Positions 41,597 through 54,421 of a stretch of DNA of 64,000 bases are shown piece after piece. Location of the stretch: contig OZ024758.1 of the NCBI GenBank assembly GCA_964016885.1, forward strand, positions 29,946,001-30,010,000. The letters are read 5' to 3'. The position numbers were made by a program, and so were the translations under genes. The DNA is from Eledone cirrhosa. Lineage: Eukaryota. Position 1 is the first letter of the stretch, and the number at the start of each line of letters is the position of its first letter. The notes under the pieces are model-generated. The model made no database searches and had not been told where the DNA came from. It worked only from the letters and a program-made list of their open reading frames with translations.

Positions 41597-43250
41597 GTGT
41601 GTGTATATATATGTGTGTGTGTATATATATATGTATGTGTGTGTGTGTGTATATATGTATGTGTCTGTATATATGTGTGTGTGTGTGTATATATATGTAT
41701 GTTTGTGTATGTATATGTATGTGTGTATATATGTATATGTGTGTGTGTATATATATGTATGTGTCTGTGTATATGTATGTGTGTGTGTGTATATATATGT
41801 GTATGTGTATATATATATATGTGTGTGTGTGTGTATATATGTATGTGTGTGTGTGTGTGTCTGGGAGAACACATCACTGTCTTTATTCAAGGTTGTGTGT
41901 ATGAATATATGTATGTCTGTGTATATGTATATATATGTGTGTATGTATATATATGTGTGTGTGTATGTGTGTGTAAACAACTAACTGCTCTTACTTTGAT
42001 GTTTGGGTGTGTGTGTAAGTACTTCACACTCATTAGTCTGGTGTATGTGTTAGAGCACAATGTCTTTATTCAAGGTCATGTGTATGTCTGTATATGTGTG
42101 TGAACACTTCTCTGTCTTTCTTTGATGTGTGTATGCATATGTGTTTGATTAATTTTCTTTGTTGTTGTTGTATGTGTTTGTATAGCGCTCTTTTTTGTTT
42201 TCTGCGTGTCATTGTCTTTTCTATGTATTTCTTTTTTTTTTTTTTTTTTAACGTCCGCTTTTCCCTGCTTGCAAGGGTGGGACGGGAACTGATTCTGGCT
42301 TGATTTCTACAGCTGGATGCCCTTCCTAACACCAACCTCATTTACAGTGAGTGCTGGGTGCTTTTTTGCCGTGGCACCTCCACGACCACTTTGCAGTGGA
42401 ATGATAGGGACCCCAGTCCCTATCATCTCATTTCTACAGCTGAGTAAACTGGAGCAATGTGAAATAAAGTGTCTTGCTCAAGGAAACAACACATCACCCG
42501 GGCTGGGAATTGAACTTACAATCTTTCGATTGCAAGGCCAATCAATGCTCTAACCACTAAGCCATATGCCTCCACATATATATATATATATTCCGATTTC
42601 TCGAATTAGTACCATTGAACCACAAATATTATAAACAACTTGCATATTTCTACAAGTACATAGTACTCATCCACTTTTATATATATGTGTGTGTGTGTAT
42701 CTGGCTGTGTGTCTTTTTTGTGTGTATATATATATATATGTATCTGACTCTGTGTATATATATATGTGTGTATCTAGTTGTTAGGCGGTGAATTGGCAGA
42801 GTCGTTAGAACATCAGATAGAATGTTTTATGTGATTTGTTCTGACTTTCTGTTCTCCGAGGTCAACTTTGCTTTTCATCCTTTTGAGGTTGATAAAAAAA
42901 GTACCAGTGCAGTACTGGGGTCGATTCTTCCTCTATATCTCTTTCTCCTCTCCTTTCTCACTCTATCTTTCTCTGGAAGAAATCTGCTGTACTCGGGCCT
43001 GGCAAAGGAACGGCTCTGCCAGGCTTAAAATGTCCAAGAAACGTTGCATGTCAATACAGCACCCCTACGACTATATCAGGAGTTACAGGACCATATATAC
43101 ATACATCTGGTTGTTATTTATCTCCATATGATCCCTGATCAAGCAGACCTGCAATACCACCTTATAGAGTGGGCTGGGTGCCCTAGCACAAGCTATATGG
43201 TCTATATAATTGATAGGATATTGATATGATCTGTTAACTTTTCAGTTAAT

Positions 43251-43498
43251 CAGGGTGAGTCATAAATAACCGGGCAGTTCAACATTTATATTCCAAAGGA
43301 TAATATTTACTAAAATTCTGGTCATACAGTATGAAATTATAAATGCATCAAAGAAAAGTAGTTAAAATATATAATTAAAGTAAGTGTTTGAAAAGCTGAC
43401 CCCATTCCTAACACACAAATAAGCAGATGTTCAAAAAGTTATTTGTGAACCTTGCAATAAAAAGGCATTGACTGTCCGGTTACTTATGACTCACCTGG
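43251..43498. mobile_element. Tc1/mariner-like MITE
   Basis: ~28-bp imperfect TIR cagggtgagtcataaataaccgggcagt / actgtccggttacttatgactcacctgg. Confidence 0.65.
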
Positions 43499-43920
43499 TA
43501 GTTCGAAAAAAAGAAGAAAAAAAGTGAAATTTTCAGCTCACAGCTTTGCTGGATTAGCTGGCCTCCTATGAAATTTCTTCCCACATGCAGTTTCTTTGGT
43601 GTCTTAAAGACAGGAGACTCAATCCTATCATGAAAAACAACATGAAAGAAGGATCTGGCTCAAGAACACAATGTACGACCTGGTCCAGGAATCGAGTCCA
43701 CAACCTTTTGATTGTGAGTCTAACACTGCCCACCTGGCCACTGACCCAGACTGCTGTGACAATACTTCAAAGATAGTGATAATCCATCAGAGATTGTTCA
43801 AATGTATAGCAAAGTAAATGAAGTTAAAAAAATAAATTTTTAATTTAAAATAATGTTAAAAATCTGGAGTGGTGGGGGGAGAAGGTAAATATAACATTTG
43901 TTTTCATTTCTTTATTCCAG

Positions 43921-43965
43921 GAACTTCCTTAATTTTGTTACAGAAGAACTGAAAAATCCTTATAA
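43921..43965 (+). CDS. Internal exon (45 nt) of the same SLC7 transporter
   Basis: Acceptor ttattccag, donor gtaagt, phase 2/2. Encodes (W)NFLNFVTEELKNPY(K), the LNxVTEExxNP signature of SLC7 LATs. Confidence 0.93.
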
Positions 43966-46539
43966 GTAAGTCTAATCTCTTTTGGAATTTTCTTTTTTTT
44001 TTTTTGCTTTTCATTATTTATATATTTCTGTATTTATTTTGCTTTTAGTCAGCAGTTCAATATGTGATAACATATTTAAACCCTTTAGCATTTAAACTGG
44101 CCATGTCTTTCACTTCTTTCTGTTCAAACTAGCCATAACTGGCTGCTCATACTGATGTTAAGGTATTGTTCTCAAAATAAATAATATCAAAATCTCATAG
44201 ATTTAATATTATGTGAGATAATTATGTAAGATAAAGCCTTTACCACAAAATACAATAGTATATATAAAGTAATGTAAATGCTAAAGGGTTAATGTTCATA
44301 ACATTCCTATGAAGATGGTAAATTGGTAGAGTCACTAGGGTGTCTGATTATAAATGCCTTGATATTTGTTCTTGTTCACTGCATTCTGGGTTCAAATCTC
44401 GGCAAAGTCAACTTTGCCTTTCATCCTTTCATGGTCGATAAATAAAGTACCAGTCTAGTACTAGAGTTTATATTTCCTCTCTCTCTGGAAGAAATTGGCT
44501 ATGTTACAACCTGGAGAAGGACGGGGTTCACCAAGTTTAAAATTTCGAAGATATGCCATCAGGAGTTAAGGGACCTTTACCCCTTAAAAAAACATTTAGC
44601 ATTTTAAAAATATATTAATATGCTTGAAACATATTTAGTCTTGCAATTTAATAATAGGGGTTATAACCTCAAGTATTTCCAGTTATAGTGGATCAGTAAT
44701 AAGGCTGCTAGTTTCAGAACTTATTGGTCTCTCTTTAAGCTAACATGTAGCGTTTTATGAGACATAAAAAATAGCAGACTATATTTGTCTTTAGATCTGT
44801 CAGATCTGACAAAATGACATTTAAAATGACATTTCAGCACGATTAACATACAGTTGAGTATGTGAAGGCATTTATATGTTTAAAACATATATTTATATAT
44901 ATCAGGTTTACATCTACAATGTTGCAGTTTACTAGCAGCTTTGTGTTGCATTCATGCAAATCATTTGACACCCTATTTTGTAGCCTGACAAGGTAACAAA
45001 TTCTTGAAACTAGTAACTCCTTTGCCAATAATGTAACCTGCCAAAAATATTTAAGGAAATTCCATATTATTGTGATGCAAGATAACATAATATCTTTCAA
45101 GTATATATATATATACATACATATGTGTGTTATAAATGTTAAATATGTTTTCACATACTGAACTATTAGATAACCATGTTGTATGGCATTTGAAATAATT
45201 CTCTCTTTATAAGGTGAAGTCACAAAATAGTAACTGTGTCTTCATCTAATGAGACTATTTTTCTTAACATTTAATATTGGGTGCAGGCATGACAGTGTAG
45301 TTAAGAAGTTTGCTTTGCAGTCATTTGATTCTAGCTTCAATTCTATTGTACAACACCTTGAGCAAATATCTTCTACCCTAGTTTCATGTCAACTGAAGAC
45401 TTGTGAGTGAACTATGGTAGATAGAAACTGTGAGGTTATTCATCAATATATATACTACCAAAAATAAATTAAAGATGCCATGTCTGAGAATACCAGAAGC
45501 ATACGCCATATCACCTGTAGAATTAGCTCAAAGATTACAAGCAATAAATCCGAGCATTTATTAACATAAAATTAAAAGTCGATTGACATATATATATATA
45601 AAATAAACACATCAAACAATTACAGGGGATAATTTGTAAAGAGTGTAAACACATAGTTACAAAGGTAACATATTAAAAATTATGATTCACCAATTAATGG
45701 TGAAATATATTTCTTCAATGGAATTTATACAAAGGAGATTAATCATTATTGCAACGTGTTTTTAATATGTTACCTCTGAAACTATGTGTTTACACTCTTT
45801 ACAAATTATCCCCTGTAATTGTTTGATGTGTTTCATTTCATTTCATTTTACGTCCACTTTTCCCTGCTTGCAAGGGTGGGATGGAAACTGATTCTGGCTT
45901 GATTTCTACAGCTGGATGCCCTTCCTAACACCAACGTCATTTACAGTGAGTGCTGGGTGCTTTTTTGCCGTGGCACCTCCACGACCACTTTGCAGTGGAA
46001 TGATAGGGACCCCAGTCCCTATCATCTCATTACTACAGCTGAGTAAACTGGAGCAATGTGAAATAAAGTGCCTTGCTCAAGGAAACAACACATCACCCGG
46101 TCTGAGAATTGATCTCACAACCTTTCGATTGCAAGGCCAATGCTCTAACCACTAAGCCATGTGCCTCCATGATTATTTGATATATATATGTCAAACCCAT
46201 ACAAGCGTGGAAGATGGACGTTAAACGATGATGATGATGATGTCAATCGACTTTTAATTTAATGTTATATATATATAAATATAAAGTTAGTTCCACAACA
46301 TAGCAAACTATATTCGAGGATACATGTTTTACCTAACGGATTTTCAACTCCAGTGAGGTAGAACTGAAAAATGGAAGTTTATGAGTTGGCCAATAATGCA
46401 CAAGGTCATCGACAAGGGGGACAAATCAAGTTAGACTGATGAACTGGAGACGATTGAGTTCATTCTGGATAAAATTAGCCTGGGTCCTTGTAGTTATGTA
46501 ATAAGTACTTGGAGGTGTGTGGGCATCAATTATAAAAAT

Positions 46540-46735
46540 CGGATCTTGTATTTAGATAAGTACTATTACGTAATCTCTACAATATACCTATTTGTTCATT
46601 GATGCACAGGCCACAAGACAAATTCCTGTTCTGTATGGCCTAGATTTGGCCATAACTTTCCCTTGAATGGAGTAATCCACATCTGCATTTTTGAGAGACC
46701 AGATGTGGCTTGTGAGCTTGTGTTTGGATAAATGG
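46540..46735 (-). mobile_element. Second Penelope-like GIY-YIG C-terminal fragment
   Basis: Translation KLTSHIWSLKNADVDYSIQGKVMAKSRPYRTG, homologous to the 51790-52270 remnant. Confidence 0.7.
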
Positions 46736-46749
46736 TGCTATATCAAAAC

Positions 46750-47655
46750 CATTCATTGTGGGAGTTGGTATCTGCCAAGGGTGCGTACTATCACCTTTCC
46801 TGTTCATTATTTACATGAACAGGATTCACATGCGCACCCAAGCTGGAAGTGGTATCATGACTGTTAGCTGGAATTTTTAGATGACATGGTGTTACTTAAC
46901 TCGACAGAAAGCGATCTCTGACTTGCACTCGATAAGTTTGATGCTGAGTGCTGCATGGCTGGAATGAAAGCCAGTGCTGTGAAAACTGAGACACTTGTCC
47001 TCTCAAGGAAGCTTGCGCAGTGCACTCTACATGTAAATGGAGTTCTACTGAAGCAGATAGAGAAGTTTAAGTATCTTGGGGCCATGTTCACGAGTGATGG
47101 AAGGCAGGAGGCTGAATTAAGTACAAGAATTGCAGGAGCTGGTGCAGTAATGTGCCAACTTCAGCATTTAGTAACCAGAAGAAGTGAGGTGGATGTAAAA
47201 GCCAACCTCGCTATCTTCAATTTGGTATTTGGTCATGAATCTTAGGTAATGACTGAAAGAATACGATCGCGAATACAAGCAGCTGAAACGAGGTTCCTCC
47301 GAAGAGTCGTAACGTTACTCGATAGAGTGCATAGCTCGGAGATCAGAGAGTCACTCCAGGTAGACCCACTACTTCTCTGAATTGAGATATCACAGCTCCA
47401 ATACTATGGGGCATGTGGTTAGAATGTCTCAGGAAAGAATCCCTGGACAGATTTTACGGGCAAAACCAAAAGGCAAGAGACCCAGGGGTAGACCCCGAGC
47501 AAGATGGTTGGATAACATCCATGAGCTTAGCTGGTCTCACTTGGGGATCCAGCTAGATTGGTTGGAGACTGTTGCTTCTGACAGGACCTTCTGGAAGGAC
47601 TGTTTCAGGACTCTACTCCCATGACCTTCTCAGATGAAGGAGGAGGACAAGGAGG
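46750..47655 (+). mobile_element. Second RTE-like LINE family, 3' part (degenerate)
   Basis: QGCVLSP, FxDD, FKYLG, GHVVRM and GKRPRGRPRARWLD motifs. Other fragments at ~3830-4160, 16015-16160, 16440-16595, 34050-34435 and 57705-58040. Confidence 0.85.
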
Positions 47656-48307
47656 AGGTTATAATTCTAAATTCCTCCAAGTTTTTGATTATTTTGAAAA
47701 TATTTTGCCAATGATAGGCAGTGTATTTCATTAGAAATACAGTAACAAAGGGGTTCATCTTTCAACAGAGACCACAGTTAGTCACTTCTAAATTCAATTA
47801 CTTTGTTTTCTTTCTCCATCTGTATTGTATATTTATTTCATTATGGATTGGCAGTATCGGTAGAGGGTCGGACGCCATGCCTTGAAGCATACAGTTACCT
47901 CCCTTTATGATCTGAGTTCAAATCCCGCCGAGGTCGACTTTGCCTTTCATCCTTACGGGGTCAATAAAATAAAGTACCAGTAATGCACTGGAGTAATTGC
48001 TGGCCTTGTGCCAAAAGTAGAAACACATATTACTAATCATTCCCCTCTCCCTCTAAGTAGGGCTAGATTTGAAACATATGGAGACGTCATTCACTATGTG
48101 TATATATGTATATATATATATAGGATGTTTGAAATATTTGCTTCTAGTACAAGTCTAATATCATTAGATTTTTGCTAAGTGGATGTATTTTACCATACTG
48201 TTAATAAAAGAAAAGAAAAAAACCCATCAAATAATAATAGAAATATAGAATAATATAAACGAGATTGTAGAACTGTTGTGAACATTTTGGCTCCTCAAGA
48301 AACACAG

Positions 48308-48344
<37 letters not shown>

Positions 48345-48791
48345 ACAAAGGAATTGTGGTAAGGAACCAAATGGACCATAACGCACCAGAGTACTCAATA
48401 CTTAGGGTAGTAGAGTGGGAAATAGGAAAAAGTATGACCCCAACGGCAGAGCTCAAGCCGTTTCGACGGCTATTTCAGTCCAGAAATAGCCGTCGAAACG
48501 GCTTGAGCTCTGCCATCGGGGTCATACTTTTTCCTATATATATATATATGTGTGTCCAGTTCGTTTGTCTACCAGCATATCAGGAAAAAATTATACATTT
48601 TCTATATATTTTGTCTGAGAACATGTTTTGCTTTATGTTATACATTAAACTTTACATCTTCGAAATATATATAATGAAATAAATGATTAGAAATAAATAG
48701 AGATGATATAAAGTGTATATCTTTTGTTTATTACTAATATTATATATATATGGAGGCACATGGCTTAGTGGTTAGAGCATTGGCCTTGCAA

Positions 48792-49505
48792 TGGTAAAAT
48801 AACATACCAGTTAAGTACTGGGGTTAAATCATGACTGGCAGGTGTAAAATCAGTCAGCTGGGATTTGCAGACGACATGGTGTTATTTAACATGCCAAGGA
48901 TGGTGGATTGGCAGTATCGGTTGAGTGTCAGACACCATGCTTTGCAGTATAGAGTTATGGCCCTTTACATTCTGAGTTCAAATCCCACCGAGGCTGGCTG
49001 TGTCTTTCACCCTTATAGGGTCGATAAAATAAAGCACCAGTAATGCACTGGGGTAATTGTTCGCCTTGTGCCAAGCATAGAAATACTTATTTAACTTGAC
49101 AGAAGGTGATCTCTGACTTGCACTCGTTAAGTTTGATGCAGTGCTGCATCACTGGCACGAAACTCAGTGCTGCGAAAACTGAGACACTTGTCCTCTCAAA
49201 GAAGCTTGCGCAGTGCACTCTTCATGTAAATGGAGTTCTACTGAAGCAGATAGAGAAGTTTAAGTATCTTGGGGCCATGTTCACGAGTGATGGAAGGCAG
49301 GAGGCTGAATTAAGTACAAGAATTGCAGGAGCTGGTGCAGTAATGTGCCAACTTCAGCATTTAGTAACCAGAAGAAGTGAGGTGGATGTAAAAGCCAAAC
49401 TCACTATCTTCAATTTGTTATTCGTGCCAACCCTTACCATGGTCATCTTGGGTAATGACTGAAAGAATACGATCGTGAATACAAGCAGCTGAAATGGAGT
49501 TCCTT
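48792..49505 (+). repeat. Copy 1 of a ~710-bp local duplication (SINE end plus LINE fragment with inserted SINE)
   Basis: Near-identical to 50242-50957. Confidence 0.9.
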
Positions 49506-49852
49506 TGTTTTATTTATTTTTTTATTTTTTTATTGATTAATTAATATTTTGCTTACAACATATTGTTCTGTTAAGAGCAGTGTAAAAACTGAAACCTGTC
49601 ATTATAGAACAATAAGATAGCATCGTGGTGATTAATGCATTATGCCTGATACTTAGAAAATCAGAAACTAATAATAGACACAACTAACACCATTAGCATA
49701 CAAGTGTTAAAGTAATTTGACGTAACATGCAATGACTGTAACATAGCTTTTTCCTGAGATATCACTTTTCCTACTATACGTATCAGAAATGGTTTCTTTT
49801 CAATAAACACGGCATATCTACTATTTACCTGCAGTGTTTGACATATGAGATT

Positions 49853-50044
49853 TGGCTGGAAAGTTCATAGGCTGACCAAGATACTCTCATGGAATGACCA
49901 AATGAGGTTTATTTGTCAACATATTCCCTAGAAAGAAACATTGCAGTTATTAATAAGAAAAGTTGAAATAATGCATGCAAGATTTCACAGCACTAGCATC
50001 ATTCCTTCATGATTAACCTTTGAAGTTTTCAGTTGATCCTTGTA
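49853..50044. mobile_element. Mariner-like MITE; partial copy at 3561-3640
   Basis: ctg(g)aaagttcataggctg...tttgaagttttcagttgatccttgta. The 3561 copy begins tacgagggtcgactgaaaagttc. Confidence 0.55.
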
Positions 50045-50241
50045 AACAGAGACTGAATTTAATATACATTATCTGGAGTAGAGTATTGAATTAACTGAAT
50101 TGCTTGAGAAGGTCCAGGGCCCCAAAAGAGAACCTCTGTGCTAGAGCATTGAATGAAATACCATTGTGGTATTGTTCTGGCTTTGTAGATTCTGAATTCA
50201 AATTTTACCGAGTTCAACTTTGCCTTTCATCCTTCTGGAGT

Positions 50242-51107
50242 TGGTAAAATAACATACCAGTTAAGTACTGGGGTTAAATCATGACTGGCAGGCGTAAAAT
50301 CAGTCAGCTGGGATTTGCAGACGACATGGTGTTATTTAACATGCCAAGGATGGTGGATTGGCAGTATCGGTTGAGTGTCAGACACCATGCTTTGCAGTAT
50401 AGAGTTATGGCCCTTTACATTCTGAGTTCAAATTTCACCGAGGCTGGCTTTGTCTTTCATCCTTATAGGGTCGATAAAATAAAGTACCAGTAATGCACTG
50501 GGGTAATTGTTCGCCTTGTGCCAAGCATAGAAATACTTATTTAACTTGACAGAAGGTGATCTCTGACTTGCACTCGTTAAGTTTGATGCAGTGCTGCATC
50601 ACTGGCACGAAACTCAGTGCTGCGAAAACTGAGACACTTGTCCTCTCAAGGAAGCCTACGCAGTGCACTCTTCATGTAAATGGAGTTCTACTGAAGCAGA
50701 TAGAGAAGTTTAAGTATCTTGGGGCCATGTTCACGAGTGATGGAAAGCAGGAAGCTGAATTAAGTACAAGAATTGCAGGAGCTGGTGCAGTAATGTGCCA
50801 ACTTCAGCATTTAGTAACCAAAAGAAGTGAGGTGGATGTAAAAGCCAAACTCGCTATCTTCAATTTGTTATTCGTGCCAACCCTTACCATGGTCATGAAT
50901 CTTGGGTAATGACTGAAAGAATACGATCGTGAATACAAGCAGCTGAAATGGAGTTCCTCTAAAGGGTCATTGGTGTAACGTTACTCGTTAGAGTGCATAC
51001 TCCAGGTAGAGCTGCTACTTCTGCAAATTGAGAGATTACAGCTTCGGTACTAAGGGCATGTAGTTAGAATGTCTCAAGAAAAATCACTGGACAGATTTTA
51101 TGAGCAA
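50242..51107 (+). mobile_element. RTE-like LINE fragment with nested SINE; contains copy 2 of the duplication
   Basis: LGFADDMVL and FKYLG motifs. The SINE interrupts the RT and is flanked by ttatttaac on both sides. Confidence 0.85.
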
Positions 51108-51266
51108 AATATTATAATGAAATAGTATGGTAGAATATTTAATGTTAAATGTTAATTGAACAAGTACTTTCATGCTTTCACAATCTTCAGGTTCATATTC
51201 AGTGGTGACAGTCAAGTTTGCAATTTTCAAATATATATGTATTCATTTTCTACTAACATTGTAAGG

Positions 51267-51351
51267 GGTCTGATGAGCCGCAGATTACAAAGTCGGGTAA
51301 GATCGATACAGATCAAACCTTGAGCTGATCAGTGGCGAAACGCGCGTCACC
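51267..51351 (+). ncRNA. Type I hammerhead motif with long stem II in a Penelope-like pLTR
   Basis: ggt CTGATGA gccgc...gtggc GAAAC gcgc GTC acc. Palindromic stem III, GUC triplet, 3-bp stem I, AATAAA at 51356-51361. Confidence 0.8.
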
Positions 51352-51506
51352 AACCAATAAATGTAATGAAGGAGTAACCAATCGTCCTTGTTATCTTTTC
51401 ACTATAATACACTCACTCTAGCTCTACACCTCGACACAGAAGTGAACCTAAACATCGAGTGTTCACCCGGGTGAACCTACAGTAACTCCAAGTTACACTC
51501 CCTAGA
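51350..51506 (+). repeat. pLTR-like terminal sequence downstream of the hammerhead; copies at 52648-52785 (-) and 55437-55622 (inverted plus direct)
   Basis: Shared sequence ...aatgaaggagtaaccaatcgtccttgttatcttttcactataatacac...gttacactccct, followed by (TA)n. Confidence 0.8.
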
Positions 51507-51789
51507 TATATATATATATATAAATGAAAGGTATAGAAATTGTTTTAGCGAAAAGCTAACAGTATTCCATAACATATATGCGACTATGTCGTCAAGATGG
51601 GAAAAGTAGTTAACGTAAGATGTAGGAAAAATAATTCAAACTCATCTCAAAAGAGAATCAGGATATATCAATATAAGGGGGATAACTGTGGATGTCCAGA
51701 ATAAATTATTCAAGTTATTCAGAATATTATAGATTGCTGATGTTAGTCAATCTGGAGCTTTGTTATTATGTAATAGGTGTTTCCAGATG

Positions 51790-52270
51790 TGTGGACAACA
51801 TGTAAAAAGTTAATTCCTTGAATTTAGGCAATCATTATGTATTCTTCTCAGGATATTGATCCTTTCTTCAATGCACAGTCCACAAGACGGATTTCCCCTT
51901 GCGTATGGCTTGGACTTAGTAATAGTTTTTCATTGGATGGAATAATCTGAGCCTGAGTCCTTAAGGGACCATTCGTGGCTCGCGAGTTTCATGGATGATC
52001 ATTTGTCAGGGTATCTAAAGGTCAACTGAGGGTTCAGGAAGCGTTTCTTAAACCAGACCTCTGCCATGCCTACATAGGATTTAACCTCTTGTTGTTGATT
52101 TGGTTGGTTAGAAATGACCACAGCTTTGTAAATTACAGCGAGTGTGTTGTATTGTAGTTGAAGGAGACAAGCTTCAGGCTTTCAGCAAGAGCATCTTGGT
52201 GTGGTGCTGTTCTTTGGGTTGTTGGTGTTGTGGGCCTTCATATTCTTAGCACAGGAGTATCCTAGTTTCA
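51790..52270 (-). mobile_element. Penelope-like element remnant, GIY-YIG endonuclease C-terminus (pseudogenised)
   Basis: Translation AVIYKAVV...KSYVGMAEVWFKKRF...LASHEWSLKDSGSDYSIQ*KTITKSKPYARGNPSCGLCIEERINI...CCPH, with in-frame stops. Confidence 0.85.
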
Positions 52271-52282
52271 CCCATATATATA

Positions 52283-52632
52283 TGGAGGCACATGGCTTAG
52301 TGGTTAGAGCATTGGCCTTGCAATCGAAAGGTTGTGAGTTCAATTCTCAGACCGGGTGATGTGTTGTTTCCTTGAGCAAGACACTTTATTTCACATTGCT
52401 CCACTTTACTCAGCTGTAGAAATGAGATGATAGGGACTGAGGTCCTTATCATTCCACTGTAAAGTGGTCATGCAGGTGCCGCAGCAAAAAAGCACCCAGC
52501 ACTCACTGTAAATGAGGTTGGTGTTAGGAAGGGCATCCAGCTGTAGAAATCAAGCAGCATCAGTTCCCGTCCTACCCTTGCAAGCAGGGAAAAAGCGGAC
52601 GTAAAATGAAATGATGATGAATGATGATGATA
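52283..52632 (+). mobile_element. tRNA-derived SINE family B (representative) with RTE-like 3' tail
   Basis: A-box tggcttagtgg, B-box gagttcaattc, central ccttgagcaagacactt and (gat)n tail. Copies at 14630-14900(-), 17330-17685, 26590-27006(-), 42250-42575(-), 45845-46170(-) and 60218-60603. Confidence 0.92.
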
Positions 52633-52783
52633 TATATATATATAAAACTAGGGAGTGTAACTTGGGGTTACTGTAGGTTCATCCGGGTGAGCACTCGATG
52701 TTTAGGTTCACTTCTGACAGAGTGTATTATAGTGAAAAGATAACAAGGTCGATTGGTTACTCCTTCATTACATTTATTGGTAG

Positions 52784-52821
<38 letters not shown>

Positions 52822-53120
52822 TGAAACAAAATGAAAACGAAATTTCATTTCTCACTCTTAGTATGGCACTTACTTAAATGTAAGTATGCATGTATACGTA
52901 CATACATATATGTATACAGACGTACAGTAGCATGCACATATATATATATATATATACATATATACATACATATGCATACAGGTACACATACATATATGCA
53001 CGTATCAGTTTAGCGGCGCTAACGTCGCTTTGTTCGTTTGTAAACAAACTGAACAGCCTGAATTTATGCCATACGGTGTTAAGGCAACCACGTCACCTTT
53101 TTGTTCAACACTGACACAGG

Positions 53121-53165
53121 AACGATGTACTAGTTTCAAGCTTCTTAGCTATCATCAGCACCGTT
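53121..53165 (-). ncRNA. Minimal type I hammerhead ribozyme motif, tandem copy 1
   Basis: Minus strand reads AACGGUG-CUGAUGA-UAGC uaagaa GCUU-GAAAC UA GUA^CAUCGUU: 7-bp stem I, intact core, palindromic ACUAGU stem III, GUA cleavage triplet. Confidence 0.85.
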
Positions 53166-53586
53166 TACCCATCTGCCAGATAGTTGAACGTTCGAAAGTA
53201 TATACTTTCCTTATGAAAATTAACGGCTGAGCAGCCTAATTTGCATATTGAGTGAGTTAAATCGGTCAGGCATACCGAAAACGATAAATTGAAACAAAAT
53301 GAAAACGAAATTTCATTTCTCACTCTTAGTATGGCACTTACTAAAATGTAAGTATGCATGTATACGTACATACATATATGTATACAGACGTACAGTAGCA
53401 TGCACATATATATATATATATACATATATACATACATATGCATACAGGTACACATACATATATGCACGTATCAGTTTAGCGGCGCTAACGTCGCTTTGTT
53501 CGTTTGTAAACAAACTGAACAGCCTGAATTTATGCCATACGGTGTTAAGGCAACCACGTCACCTTTTTGTTCAACACTGACACAGG

Positions 53587-53631
53587 AACGATGTACTAGT
53601 TTCAAGCTTGTTAGCTATCATCAGCACCGTT
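53587..53631 (-). ncRNA. Minimal type I hammerhead ribozyme motif, tandem copy 2
   Basis: Same motif (loop II uaacaa), 466 bp from copy 1. Confidence 0.85.
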
Positions 53632-54052
53632 TACCCATCTGCCAGATAGTTGAACGTTCGAAAGTATATACTTTCCTTATGAAAATTAACGGCTGAGCAG
53701 CCTAATTTGCATATTGAGTGAGTTAAATCGGTCAGGCATACCGAAAACGATAAATTGAAACAAAATGAAAACGAAATTTCATTTCTCACTCTTAGTATGG
53801 CACTTACTTAAATGTAAGTATGCATGTATACGTACATACATATATGTATACAGACGTACAGTAGCATGCACATGTATATATATATATACATATATATATA
53901 CATATGCATACAGGTACACATACATATATGCACGTATCAGTTTAGCGGCGCTAACGTCGCTTTGTTCGTTTGTAAACAAACTGAACAGCTTGAATTTATG
54001 CCATACGGTGTTAAGGCAACCACGTCACCTTTTTGTTCAACACTGACACAGG

Positions 54053-54097
54053 AACGATGTACTAGTTTCAAGCTTGTTAGCTATCATCAGCACCGTT
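54053..54097 (-). ncRNA. Minimal type I hammerhead ribozyme motif, tandem copy 3
   Basis: Same motif, 466 bp from copy 2. Confidence 0.85.
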
Positions 54098-54376
54098 TAC
54101 CCATCTGCCAGATAGTTGAACGTTATATATATATATGTGCATGCTACTGTACGTCTGTATACATATATGTATGTACGTATACATGCATACTTACATTTAA
54201 GTAAGTGCCATACTAAGAGTGAGAAATGAAATTTCGTTTTCATTTTGTTTCAATTTATCGTTTTCGGTATGCCTGACCGATTTAACTCACTCAATATGCA
54301 AATTAGGCTGCTCAGCCGTTAATTTTCATAAGGAAAGTATATACTTTCGAACGTTCAACTATCTGGCAGATGGGTA

Positions 54377-54421
54377 AACGGTGCTGATGATAGCTAACAA
54401 GCTTGAAACTAGTACATCGTT
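54377..54421 (+). ncRNA. Minimal type I hammerhead ribozyme motif, inverted copy
   Basis: aacggtg CTGATGA tagctaacaagctt GAAAC ta GTA catcgtt. Predicted cleavage after 54414. Confidence 0.85.

Noticed and set aside
52283-52355. tRNA genes
   Set aside because: The A/B-box regions are SINE heads that continue into SINE bodies, with no complete cloverleaf.
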